The position numbers and the translations under genes were made by a program. Below, piece by piece: positions 25,714-33,370 of a stretch of DNA of 64,000 nucleotides (positions are counted from its first letter, which is position 1; each line of letters opens with the position of its first letter). The stretch is from a virus. Location: IMG/VR virus record IMGVR_UViG_3300037808_001018; one strand, 5' to 3'. The notes under the pieces are model-generated. The model was not told the origin of the DNA, did not search any database, and worked only from the letters and a program-made list of their open reading frames with translations.

Positions 25714-25769
25714 AAAGACATCTTTTTGTTTGCATACCTGGTAAGACCTGGTAATCCCCAGTAACACCA

Positions 25770-26006
25770 ATGAATAATTCTCCAACAACACGTTTAATAA
25801 AGTGCCTCAAAGAGGGAGGCGATGAACTCACATTACTCGAAGTCGCCCAATTAGTCGGTTACCCCAAGATCAGAACCGCCCAAATGTTACGGGTGCTCCG
25901 TGATCTGGGTTACATCGAAACGACTAACTATCGATACGGCGACTCCAAAAAGCCAAACTATCACTACAGCCTGTCCCGAAAGGGGGAAGAATTTATCGCG
26001 ACATGA
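25770..26006 (+). CDS. winged-helix DNA-binding protein
   Basis: LLEVAQLVGYPKIRTAQMLRVLRDLGYIETT...YSLSRKGEEFI is a wHTH pattern. Confidence 0.5.
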   Translation: MNNSPTTRLIKCLKEGGDELTLLEVAQLVGYPKIRTAQMLRVLRDLGYIETTNYRYGDSKKPNYHYSLSRKGEEFIAT

Positions 26007-26239
26007 CTTGCCCCAAGTGCTCTAACCGATCTGCGGTTTACCGAACAAAGCCCCGTTTTATCGACGATAACACTGCTGTTATCGAGCGGGTCCATGAGTG
26101 TTACCAGTGCCAATATAAATGGCGTGGTATTGAATTTATCGCGCCAATGAGCATGCCTCGATCAAAGCGTGACGTGCTGATTAAGCAAGTCGATGCGCTA
26201 ACTTCCATCATGGAAGATGCCCGTTTAATCAAGGGATGA
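26003..26239 (+). CDS. zinc-ribbon protein
   Basis: CPKCSNRS .. CYQCQYKW. The start overlaps the upstream stop. Confidence 0.5.
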   Translation: MTCPKCSNRSAVYRTKPRFIDDNTAVIERVHECYQCQYKWRGIEFIAPMSMPRSKRDVLIKQVDALTSIMEDARLIKG

Positions 26240-26619
26240 AAGCCAAGTGCATTCACCAGCTACCCACTGGCGAGAGACTAACCACGCGTGAATTGTGCGA
26301 TAAATTCGACATTCCTATGCAGTGGACTTGTGGCCGCAACACTGGGGAAATCCTTGGTTATCATTCGCGGCGTAAGAGACTCAAATTCGCCCTGGATGGC
26401 GTCACCGCTACTGCAAAACAGTGGGCATTCACGCTAGGTGTATCACACACGCATTTCAAAAAATGCGTTTATGGTAGCGAGAAGTTCGGCGCGACGAGAC
26501 AGCAAGCGATGATCGCCTCTGTCCGGTTCATAACAAAACAAAACGAAGGCAAAAAATCTAGCATCGCTACAGAAACAGAAAAACTACTCAAACAACACAA
26601 AAGCATACTAACTAACTAA
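26236..26619 (+). CDS. hypothetical protein
   Basis: 127-aa ORF, coupled by ATGA to the upstream gene. Confidence 0.45.
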   Translation: MKAKCIHQLPTGERLTTRELCDKFDIPMQWTCGRNTGEILGYHSRRKRLKFALDGVTATAKQWAFTLGVSHTHFKKCVYGSEKFGATRQQAMIASVRFITKQNEGKKSSIATETEKLLKQHKSILTN

Positions 26620-26637
26620 CAACAACCGACAAACGAA

Positions 26638-28398
26638 ATGAATGCATTTAGCTTACCAGAAGAATATACCCGTCGCCCTAACCCGAGAATACTTGAGGCT
26701 ACAATAGAACCATCCGAACCATCCCACAAACCGCCTTGTCCGGTTACAATGGGGGAGAAGCATAACTTCCTGCTCATTGAAATCTTATCGTTCGTGGCAT
26801 GTGGAGCATTGACCGTCTTTAGCTTTTATTCATCTGCTTTGGAATATCTCAACAACCTCGGTAACGCCCATACGGCTGGGATTAGGACAATTGGCATACA
26901 ATTAGGAATTATCGTTTTTGGTGCCTTGGCGGTTATGCAGCTTTTCACGGTGAGGCGAGTGAGCGGACTAACAAGAATGGGATGTGTATTCGGATCGATT
27001 ATCTCTGTCTTGCTAACCGCCTTCCTTTTTGCCGATAGCGCCTCTACGAGCTACTCGTATCAGGATTACAAGCTACGGAGCCGAACGGCCCCAGAAAGGC
27101 AACTAGAAGCGAGCATCCATCAGTACGATGCTGACGTGAGTAGGCTCCAATCCAGATTCGAAAATTTACTTACAGCAAACGCATCCAGGCGAGCCAATTT
27201 GATGGAAGAGAAAGCACGCCTTGATGCCATTGTCGGTCCAGCCGTTAAGGCAGGAACGAACCTCAAAAAGGGCTACTCAGATGCCCTGGCGACCGTGACT
27301 AGCGAATTGGCTAGCAACGCGACGGCGACCAGTCGACTGAAGGAAGAAGAGCATCGACAACTCACTAGGCTCGACATGCGCCGATCAGAAGCGTCGGCCA
27401 AGCTACGCGCCTCGAATTCCTCCGGTGCTAGCAACGTTGGCCGGATGTTTGGCATATCGACATCGACGGTACTTATGTTGCGGACGGGAATGTGTGAGGC
27501 GGCTTTGGTAGCCTTGGCAGTCATGTTTGGTGTTGGCTTGTTTTACGCTAGCAACTCAACCAAACAGGACCGAATGAGAAACTACGGCATGAGCGCCTTC
27601 CATGGTAGTGGGTTCCTTATCATCTTTGGGATCGCTTGGGCCTTGTTTATGGCCGAGGCGGCAACGGGAAGCGCGATACCGTTGGACGCACCACTTAGTA
27701 ATATGAAACCAAGCGACAATTACGAACCGGATGATGACATGTGGGATGTTGAAATCCAGACTGAACTCATGCCGCTGCCCTACACCGATGATCCTGTCGG
27801 GCTACCCCAAGCAGCATCTTTCCCTAGCTGGGATTTTGAGCAGATGGGAGACGGCAACGGACTCAAGATGGACGCAAAGTATCCGCCTAAGCTTTACTGT
27901 AGCGCACGTAAGGAGCAGGTTCAGCCAGTAGCTATTTCTGCGATTTCAACTGCACCTGCAATTTATCCACAAGGATGCCCGATCCCTGAAGACGTTTGGA
28001 CGGCAATTAATGATATGCCTGTATCTTCTAAAGTGAAAGGTATTTTGGGTGGATTTGGTGAGGTTGAATCACGCTGGGATGTCAATTGCCATCACTACGA
28101 TAACCATGGAGGCTACTCTCATGGTTGGTTACAACTACACGGCAAATGGAGAAAGAAAGATGTAGACTGGATGAAACGCCTCCCCGGTGGATGGCGTTGC
28201 CCAAAGAATAATCTTGCGGCATTCCTTCGAACAATCATCGAACACCAGAAATATTACCCATCCAGCAAACATTCATGGATGAACGCTGCCGCTCATTATA
28301 ATGGAGGATCAAAGCCTAACTACAAATACGCTAACAAGGTCATGAGTAGCGCGAAGCGGCTGGAGCAATGGTTTCAGTCACAAGGGAGAATGTTTTAA
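26638..28398 (+). CDS. polytopic membrane protein with coiled coil and C-terminal lytic transglycosylase (SLT)-like domain
   Basis: 586 aa with several hydrophobic helices (residues ~45-130 and ~275-345). The C-terminus has GEVESRWD .. GYSHGWLQLHG .. AAAHYNGG, which resembles the SLT E-S / GLMQ / AYNxG motifs. Confidence 0.55.
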   Translation: MNAFSLPEEYTRRPNPRILEATIEPSEPSHKPPCPVTMGEKHNFLLIEILSFVACGALTVFSFYSSALEYLNNLGNAHTAGIRTIGIQLGIIVFGALAVMQLFTVRRVSGLTRMGCVFGSIISVLLTAFLFADSASTSYSYQDYKLRSRTAPERQLEASIHQYDADVSRLQSRFENLLTANASRRANLMEEKARLDAIVGPAVKAGTNLKKGYSDALATVTSELASNATATSRLKEEEHRQLTRLDMRRSEASAKLRASNSSGASNVGRMFGISTSTVLMLRTGMCEAALVALAVMFGVGLFYASNSTKQDRMRNYGMSAFHGSGFLIIFGIAWALFMAEAATGSAIPLDAPLSNMKPSDNYEPDDDMWDVEIQTELMPLPYTDDPVGLPQAASFPSWDFEQMGDGNGLKMDAKYPPKLYCSARKEQVQPVAISAISTAPAIYPQGCPIPEDVWTAINDMPVSSKVKGILGGFGEVESRWDVNCHHYDNHGGYSHGWLQLHGKWRKKDVDWMKRLPGGWRCPKNNLAAFLRTIIEHQKYYPSSKHSWMNAAAHYNGGSKPNYKYANKVMSSAKRLEQWFQSQGRMF

Positions 28399-28401
28399 TC
28401 G

Positions 28402-28662
28402 ATGGGAACCAATAACAAAAAAGCAATACGTTACGGAGATAGAACCTTCATCGGGTGGGCGTCTTACTATCAAGCATGGGGAGTACGCAAACCAAGCAAG
28501 CGAACCATTTGTTCGCATTATGCTAAATGCAAAGCCGAGGGAATGAGCGATGACGAAATCATTGCCGCCCAGAAAATGTTGTGGATCGATAATGTCACCG
28601 AATTGGATATAAAATCTGCAAGGAAAGCGATAGCAGAAAAGGAAGCGAAACAGGATAAGTAA
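28402..28662 (+). CDS. hypothetical protein
   Basis: 86-aa ORF. Confidence 0.45.
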   Translation: MGTNNKKAIRYGDRTFIGWASYYQAWGVRKPSKRTICSHYAKCKAEGMSDDEIIAAQKMLWIDNVTELDIKSARKAIAEKEAKQDK

Positions 28663-28684
28663 CCAACTTAATACCCACACAAAC

Positions 28685-29548
28685 ATGAAACTTAAGAACG
28701 CGATTGAAGACTATATCTTGCATGCGGCGACAATACAGAGGAGGTTTGCCACCAGGTTACCCGCCATCTACCCACTCGGGTCTGTTGATGCCAACAAGAA
28801 CCTAGATGGGATTTACTACGATGGGACTTTGGACTGCTTGACTCTACCATTATCTCAAGCGTGCGGATTTCCTGGGACTGTCGAGAAAGGGTGGGAGGGG
28901 ATCACTATTAGGCACATGCGTCAGGTCCCAGCGAAAGCGACGAGAGGGCTCCCACTGCGAGGCCGATACTTCGCGAAGGAGACCTACCGAGGGGTCTCTA
29001 ACAGTAGACGTAATGAAGCCCTGAGTTGCGATTTATATTACGCGTCCATGGATGGAAAGAATTGGAGGTGTTGCAACAAACACGGAGTCGACCTGACCAC
29101 TAAAGTCGCTAACGACGATTACCACGACTACGGAATCAAAGCCGCAGACAACGCCTCTAGTATGGTTGGGGCTGCCTGTGGGCTTCAGACGTTTCGTGAA
29201 TACAGTTGGCACATCCAGTTTCAGTTTGACTCTGAGGCAGCACCTATCATTATCGCCGTCGATAGAAAGTCACTGAGATATGCCCTCCGTCTCCGAGATG
29301 TTCCTGAAGGTAAGAAGAGGAGGGCAGCCGCACTTCACTTAGTATCAGCCCATAAAAGAGAACTCGAAGATAAAGAAATCGATGTCCGCCGCCACATACG
29401 CGGTGCCGTCTGTCACTTATGGCAGGGATGCTCTATGAAGGTGCTACCACCTGTGAATGATTTGAAGGGCCTCAAGCGCTCTGAGAAGACCGAGGAAGTC
29501 GCGCTCCACCTCTTACAAAATTACATCACAGCAGAAGAGCTAGTATGA
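28685..29548 (+). CDS. hypothetical protein
   Basis: 287-aa ORF, the last gene before the integrase. No motif recognised. Confidence 0.5.
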   Translation: MKLKNAIEDYILHAATIQRRFATRLPAIYPLGSVDANKNLDGIYYDGTLDCLTLPLSQACGFPGTVEKGWEGITIRHMRQVPAKATRGLPLRGRYFAKETYRGVSNSRRNEALSCDLYYASMDGKNWRCCNKHGVDLTTKVANDDYHDYGIKAADNASSMVGAACGLQTFREYSWHIQFQFDSEAAPIIIAVDRKSLRYALRLRDVPEGKKRRAAALHLVSAHKRELEDKEIDVRRHIRGAVCHLWQGCSMKVLPPVNDLKGLKRSEKTEEVALHLLQNYITAEELV

Positions 29549-29662
29549 CGGAATACGCGGTTCTCTGCGTCGCTTTGTTAGGTTTTTGCGCAATGTGGAG
29601 AATTGAGCACCATAGCTTACCCGGCTACCTATACGCTGCGAGTTTCGCGAGGACAGAGGCAC

Positions 29663-30856
29663 CTAACCCGGCCCAAACCCGACCGCGATACGCTGCCGAG
29701 TTACCACGTAGGTCGAGGACGCCACGGAAATATCTGAATGGCCGAGCATTTCCATGGTCGCGTGCAATCCCCCTTGGGCGTTAACCGACGAACCAAACTC
29801 CTTGCGGAGGGTGTGATAGGGTTGAGTATCCGTGATGCCTTGTTTCCGCAACCATTTCCCTAGCGCCCGCCATAAGGGGTCACATCGATAGACACGATGC
29901 TTGGACGGCACGGGGGGACGCCCTGGAAGAACGAACGGCCCATTCGTTCCTTTGAATACCTCTACTAGGAACCCCACAACCTCTTGAGCCAAGGGGATGC
30001 ACCGATGCGAGGACGCCGACTTTGGGCGGAAACAATCCGTCGTTTTGATCTCCACATAAGGCGCGGGACCGGCTAGATAGACCTGCGACCACTGAAGCCG
30101 ATCCGCTTCTTCTTTTCGGAGCCCGCAACACGCGGCCAAGACGACAGCGGTTCGTTGTGGGGTAGGCAATTCCTTCTCAGCCGCCAAGAGGATCATTCCA
30201 ATATTGATTCCTCCATGGTAACGTCGCGCCTTCCATGGTTGGATATCGATCCCAGCGAAGGGCAAAGGGGCCGGCGCGGGTAAATTAACCAGCTTCAGGC
30301 GCTTTGCGGAAAATAGGTTACGGGCGTTGCGCAGACATCCATAAACGGATGATCTGGCCTTATCCACCTGCTCACGCGGCACATCCTTGAGCGTCTCGCG
30401 GATGTAACTGGTCACCGCAGCCGTGGTAATCTTGGGCAAGGGGATGGCGTTGACCTTATCGGCCCACTCGATTCGGCGTGGATAAGCTTCATGGGTGACC
30501 TTCTCAATCCTGGCAGCGACGCGTCGAAGGCAACCCGCGTACATGGTCACTGTGCGCTGATCGAGTTGAGCGGATTCGCTGAATGCCTCGATCCACTCAC
30601 CAACGGTAACGGACCCTCGTTGTGACACTCTAGGACCACCAATTGCATCACGGGCCTGGACCCAATCCCCGTTGGTTTTGCAGAGTGATTCCCAGACAAC
30701 GGCAGCTCGACTTGCGGCCTCTGTTTTGTTCCCGGTTCCCAGCTTTATCCAAGACTGCTTGTTCTGGTAGCTCACCCTCACATAGAATTCGCTATTCTTG
30801 TAACGATCCACAACCCGTGGTAGCCAGTGCTTGGAGTTGTCTTTGGCATATTTCAC
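29663..30856 (-). CDS. int: tyrosine recombinase / phage integrase
   Basis: 397 aa. Contains CCGLRKEEADRL (Arg I), HTLRKEFGS (HxxR) and LGHSDISVASSTY (His/Tyr). It lies adjacent to the tRNA-derived att core. Confidence 0.85.
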   Translation of the reverse strand: MKYAKDNSKHWLPRVVDRYKNSEFYVRVSYQNKQSWIKLGTGNKTEAASRAAVVWESLCKTNGDWVQARDAIGGPRVSQRGSVTVGEWIEAFSESAQLDQRTVTMYAGCLRRVAARIEKVTHEAYPRRIEWADKVNAIPLPKITTAAVTSYIRETLKDVPREQVDKARSSVYGCLRNARNLFSAKRLKLVNLPAPAPLPFAGIDIQPWKARRYHGGINIGMILLAAEKELPTPQRTAVVLAACCGLRKEEADRLQWSQVYLAGPAPYVEIKTTDCFRPKSASSHRCIPLAQEVVGFLVEVFKGTNGPFVLPGRPPVPSKHRVYRCDPLWRALGKWLRKQGITDTQPYHTLRKEFGSSVNAQGGLHATMEMLGHSDISVASSTYVVTRQRIAVGFGPG

Positions 30857-30895
30857 GTCTCAAGAAATGCCAAACAGCTCTAGCCTGTCAACTTT

Positions 30896-30917
30896 TTCAG
30901 GTCTGGATTAGGTCTAG
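30896..30917 (+). repeat. 22-bp direct repeat, left arm of attP (arm-type site candidate)
   Basis: ttcaggtctggattaggtctag matches 31125..31146 with 1 mismatch. It has an internal duplication, aggtctgg/aggtctag. Confidence 0.85.
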
Positions 30918-31015
30918 TTTTAAATGTCAGCATGTAGCCCTACACCTAGATATAGGGCTACGGAGGAAATGAACTACCATATATAGCGTACCAGGGGGCT
31001 ATACAGCTACGGCTT

Positions 31016-31061
31016 CAAGCTTCCCAAGCTTGACACGAGGGTTCGATTCCCTTCACCCGCT
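31016..31061 (+). tRNA. 3' half of tRNA-Gly(CCC) only (anticodon arm to acceptor 3' strand); probable attP core, not a complete tRNA gene
   Basis: Anticodon stem caagc/gcttg, loop ttCCCaa, variable region acac, T-arm gaggg-ttcgatt-ccctt, acceptor 3' strand cacccgc plus discriminator t. The ACGAGGGTTCGATTCCCTTC(G/A)CCCGCTC stretch differs from the E. coli tRNA-Gly(CCC) 3' half as I recall it at one position. The upstream sequence cannot form an acceptor or D arm. Confidence 0.7.
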
Positions 31062-31124
31062 CTCTCCTTTATGTCCCTAAGCATTAACAAGTTATGGAAC
31101 TACAACTGTGATTCCTGAAGTTGC

Positions 31125-31146
31125 TTCAGGTCTGGATCAGGTCTAG
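31125..31146 (+). repeat. 22-bp direct repeat, right arm of attP
   Basis: ttcaggtctggatcaggtctag. Confidence 0.85.
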
Positions 31147-31173
31147 AAAGAAACTCGACGAAGAGCTTTTTGG

Positions 31174-31866
31174 CTAGCCCTTAATAATGTTATCCAACAT
31201 CTCAATCGAGTCATGCAGAGAACGGATCACGTCTTTAATCTCGCGGGACTCCACAACCAGCACTTCCTTGGATGCGATCACCCCATCGGGGGGACTAGGC
31301 ACCGGTTTGGGATCAGGCTTTTCCACTTCTACGTTGCAGCCGAGAAGGAGGGCCTGGGCAATAGCTTCAAGATTTTTGTCTTGGGCCAACCATGCGGCAT
31401 CCGCGCCATTGGTTATGAATCCCAGCTCGACGAGAACGGCAGGCATCCGCGTATGCGTCAGTACCGTGTAATTGGCGTGCTTCACGCCCCGATCAGGGTA
31501 GTCGAACGGCAGGACCGTCATGACCTGATCGTGGACGCTCCGCGTGAGTTCCGCGCCTTTCGTAGATCCCGATGCGTGGAAATCCTCATATCCACGGGCC
31601 GATGGGTCATGGTAACCGTTGCAGTGCAGGCTCAAAAAGATTTCAGCCTCGGCAGCGTTTGCAATGTCTGCCCGTCTCGTCAAGGCAAGATTTACATCTT
31701 TCGACCTAGTCATTCGCACCACGTCAGGCGCGAGATCACGCAGCTTCAGTCCTAGGCGTAGTGCTAGGTCTTTCTCGATTAGGCCATTACCCGTGGCCCC
31801 ATAGTTCAGTCCAGGCGCGGGCGGGCCTCCATGGCCAGGATCGACCATGAGACGGGTTACGGCCAT
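31174..31866 (-). CDS. N-acetylmuramoyl-L-alanine amidase (Amidase_3) endolysin
   Basis: Contains MVDPGHGG, LSLHCNG and VLVELGFITN signatures. Confidence 0.85.
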   Translation of the reverse strand: MAVTRLMVDPGHGGPPAPGLNYGATGNGLIEKDLALRLGLKLRDLAPDVVRMTRSKDVNLALTRRADIANAAEAEIFLSLHCNGYHDPSARGYEDFHASGSTKGAELTRSVHDQVMTVLPFDYPDRGVKHANYTVLTHTRMPAVLVELGFITNGADAAWLAQDKNLEAIAQALLLGCNVEVEKPDPKPVPSPPDGVIASKEVLVVESREIKDVIRSLHDSIEMLDNIIKG

Positions 31867-32282
31867 TTGTTGGTATGAGTCAAACTCGCATCGTCACGCG
31901 GCGAAGAAGAGAATCCTAGAGGGCGGGTTGGCGGAATCGAAGGCAACCCTGATCCTGCCCCGATCAATGGTGCCCGCTCGATTGGAACCGGATCATTTTC
32001 GTCTGGTGGAAACTCCGCACCCTTCCCACGGGTCTTCCCTTCCGCATAGGCAATCCCCATTTTAAGGGCAGAGCGGCCAATAGTGTAAGCGATCCCACTA
32101 CCAAATCCAAGAGAGAGGGCCAGATCAATATCTACCCCTAAGTCGACGCCTAACCATAGTTTTCCGACCACCTGACAGGCGATGACGACAAGCGAGGCAA
32201 TCATAGTTTTCCATGTAACGTTGTGCTCGGTGCTGTTTGCTCCGTCAGTTTTTCCAATGATAGGGGTAGAGTTACTCTTCAT
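31857..32282 (-). CDS. holin-like two-TM membrane protein
   Basis: 141 aa with helices MIASLVVIACQVVGKLWLGV and LALSLGFGSGIAYTIG. It lies immediately upstream of the amidase and overlaps it. Confidence 0.45.
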   Translation of the reverse strand: MKSNSTPIIGKTDGANSTEHNVTWKTMIASLVVIACQVVGKLWLGVDLGVDIDLALSLGFGSGIAYTIGRSALKMGIAYAEGKTRGKGAEFPPDENDPVPIERAPLIGAGSGLPSIPPTRPLGFSSSPRDDASLTHTNKWP

Positions 32283-32475
32283 TTTGCCTCCTCAGTCGTT
32301 TGGCGTTTTCCCAAAACTTTCTAACGTTATCTTCATGAATTTCAGCGTTCGGCCCTCTGTAGTCTTTTATCAAAGGCATTTGCCCTCGCCTGCCAAAGGC
32401 GCAACCGCTCATGCAAAGCGTTGAGGTGAGTAGCATGAGGCTTAAAATTAGGGTCCATTTGTGCAGTCCAATCAT
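32272..32475 (-). CDS. small lipoprotein, o-spanin candidate
   Basis: The signal peptide has the lipobox LCMSGC. The mature part is about 42 aa. The start lies inside ORF 32342..32623. Confidence 0.5.
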   Translation of the reverse strand: MIGLHKWTLILSLMLLTSTLCMSGCAFGRRGQMPLIKDYRGPNAEIHEDNVRKFWENAKRLRRQNEE

Positions 32476-32623
32476 TGATTTCTCGGTGGATGGTTAGTAT
32501 TTGCGCCTCGCAACGAATTACGTCTCGCAAGGCAACACTGACGGCAGTTGCAGTTTTGAACAGGCCGTAGCCGTAAAGTGCTGTTCCCGTTCCCGTAATA
32601 ACTGCTTTGATTGTTCCCGTCAT
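32342..32623 (-). CDS. i-spanin candidate (helical, embedded across two lipoprotein ORFs)
   Basis: 93 aa with a weak N-terminal hydrophobic segment (AVITGTGTALYGYGLF) followed by helical charged sequence. It is in an alternative frame to 32472..32783 and 32272..32475. Confidence 0.35.
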   Translation of the reverse strand: MTGTIKAVITGTGTALYGYGLFKTATAVSVALRDVIRCEAQILTIHREINDWTAQMDPNFKPHATHLNALHERLRLWQARANAFDKRLQRAER

Positions 32624-32783
32624 AGTGTGTTAGCCGTTGGATGTCGGCCTCTATGTCCTCCTCTACGTCAAAGTAGAGGTCGACGCCAGGTAGCCAGTTC
32701 GGTGATTTTACGACCAGTTTATCGAGGGTGAGGGTATTGGAACAACTCACCATGGCGAGAAAGAGTAAGAAAAGAAGCTTCAA
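32472..32783 (-). CDS. lipoprotein (second o-spanin-like candidate)
   Basis: MKLLFLLFLAMVSC is a lipobox. ATGA junctions occur at both ends. The C-terminal half overlaps 32342..32623 and looks low-quality. Confidence 0.4.
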   Translation of the reverse strand: MKLLFLLFLAMVSCSNTLTLDKLVVKSPNWLPGVDLYFDVEEDIEADIQRLTHYDGNNQSSYYGNGNSTLRLRPVQNCNCRQCCLARRNSLRGANTNHPPRNQ

Positions 32784-33370
32784 GAGGCTAAGTCATCAGG
32801 GATAGCAATTCCCGAGATTCCAATAGGATCCTTGATCCCGTCCGCGTATCGTGGGTATTTGATAGTTCTAATGTAAGCGATTTTTCCGTTTACGCTTATT
32901 GGTTCTTTTAGGTCGTGTATCTTTCGCGTCTTCCAAACAAGATCATCGCTTTTCCTAAAAGCCTCGGCTATTTCTTCCGGCCAAACATTTCTATCTGTCT
33001 TGTGGAGGCAGTCTTTTAATGTAAGTCCGTTAGGAATTAAAAAGGTTTTTTCGTAAGCTCTATTTAACGATAACATTTTACCGTTTTCATCTTTCACCCA
33101 CTGCGGAAGGGGGCTACTATCATGAGCTGAAGAGAGGGCTATAAATTGAGTTAAGAGCCTGGAATTTTCCCTCTCTAGAAGATGAACTTTTTCGGCCAAG
33201 CATTTATTTTGCTCTTCTAGGTTTTTCTGTTTCTTTTCCAGCTTTTCTAATTGGACTTTAAGGTCCACCTGGATAGCTCCGTAGGTTTTTAGCTGGATTT
33301 TCCACACAAAAACAAGGGCTCCCGCTACGGCTGCAACCGCCCCAGCTAGCATTGTTTCTATTCCTGTCAT
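32780..33370 (-). CDS. membrane-anchored coiled-coil PAS-domain protein
   Basis: 196 aa. TM helix is LAGAVAAVAGALVFVW. The coiled coil is LEKLEKKQKNLEEQNKCLAEKVHLLERENSRL. The PAS-like region is WVKDENGKMLSLNRAYEKTF..KTDRNVWPEEIAEAFRKSDDLVWKT..IKYPRYADG..GISGIAIPD. Confidence 0.6.
   Translation of the reverse strand: MTGIETMLAGAVAAVAGALVFVWKIQLKTYGAIQVDLKVQLEKLEKKQKNLEEQNKCLAEKVHLLERENSRLLTQFIALSSAHDSSPLPQWVKDENGKMLSLNRAYEKTFLIPNGLTLKDCLHKTDRNVWPEEIAEAFRKSDDLVWKTRKIHDLKEPISVNGKIAYIRTIKYPRYADGIKDPIGISGIAIPDDLAS

Noticed and set aside
29545-29784. 79-aa plus-strand ORF overlapping the integrase 3' end
   Set aside because: It is antisense to the conserved catalytic C-terminus of the integrase, its sequence is Arg/Pro-rich and shadow-like, and it is not coupled to a promoter-like region.
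30985-31061. Possible complete tRNA gene next to the integrase
   Set aside because: Only the anticodon arm, variable loop, T-arm and acceptor 3' strand are present. The upstream sequence (agcgtaccagggggctatacagctacggctt) offers no GCGGGTG acceptor 5' strand and no D-arm pairing. I therefore treat it as a tRNA-derived attP core and not a functional tRNA.
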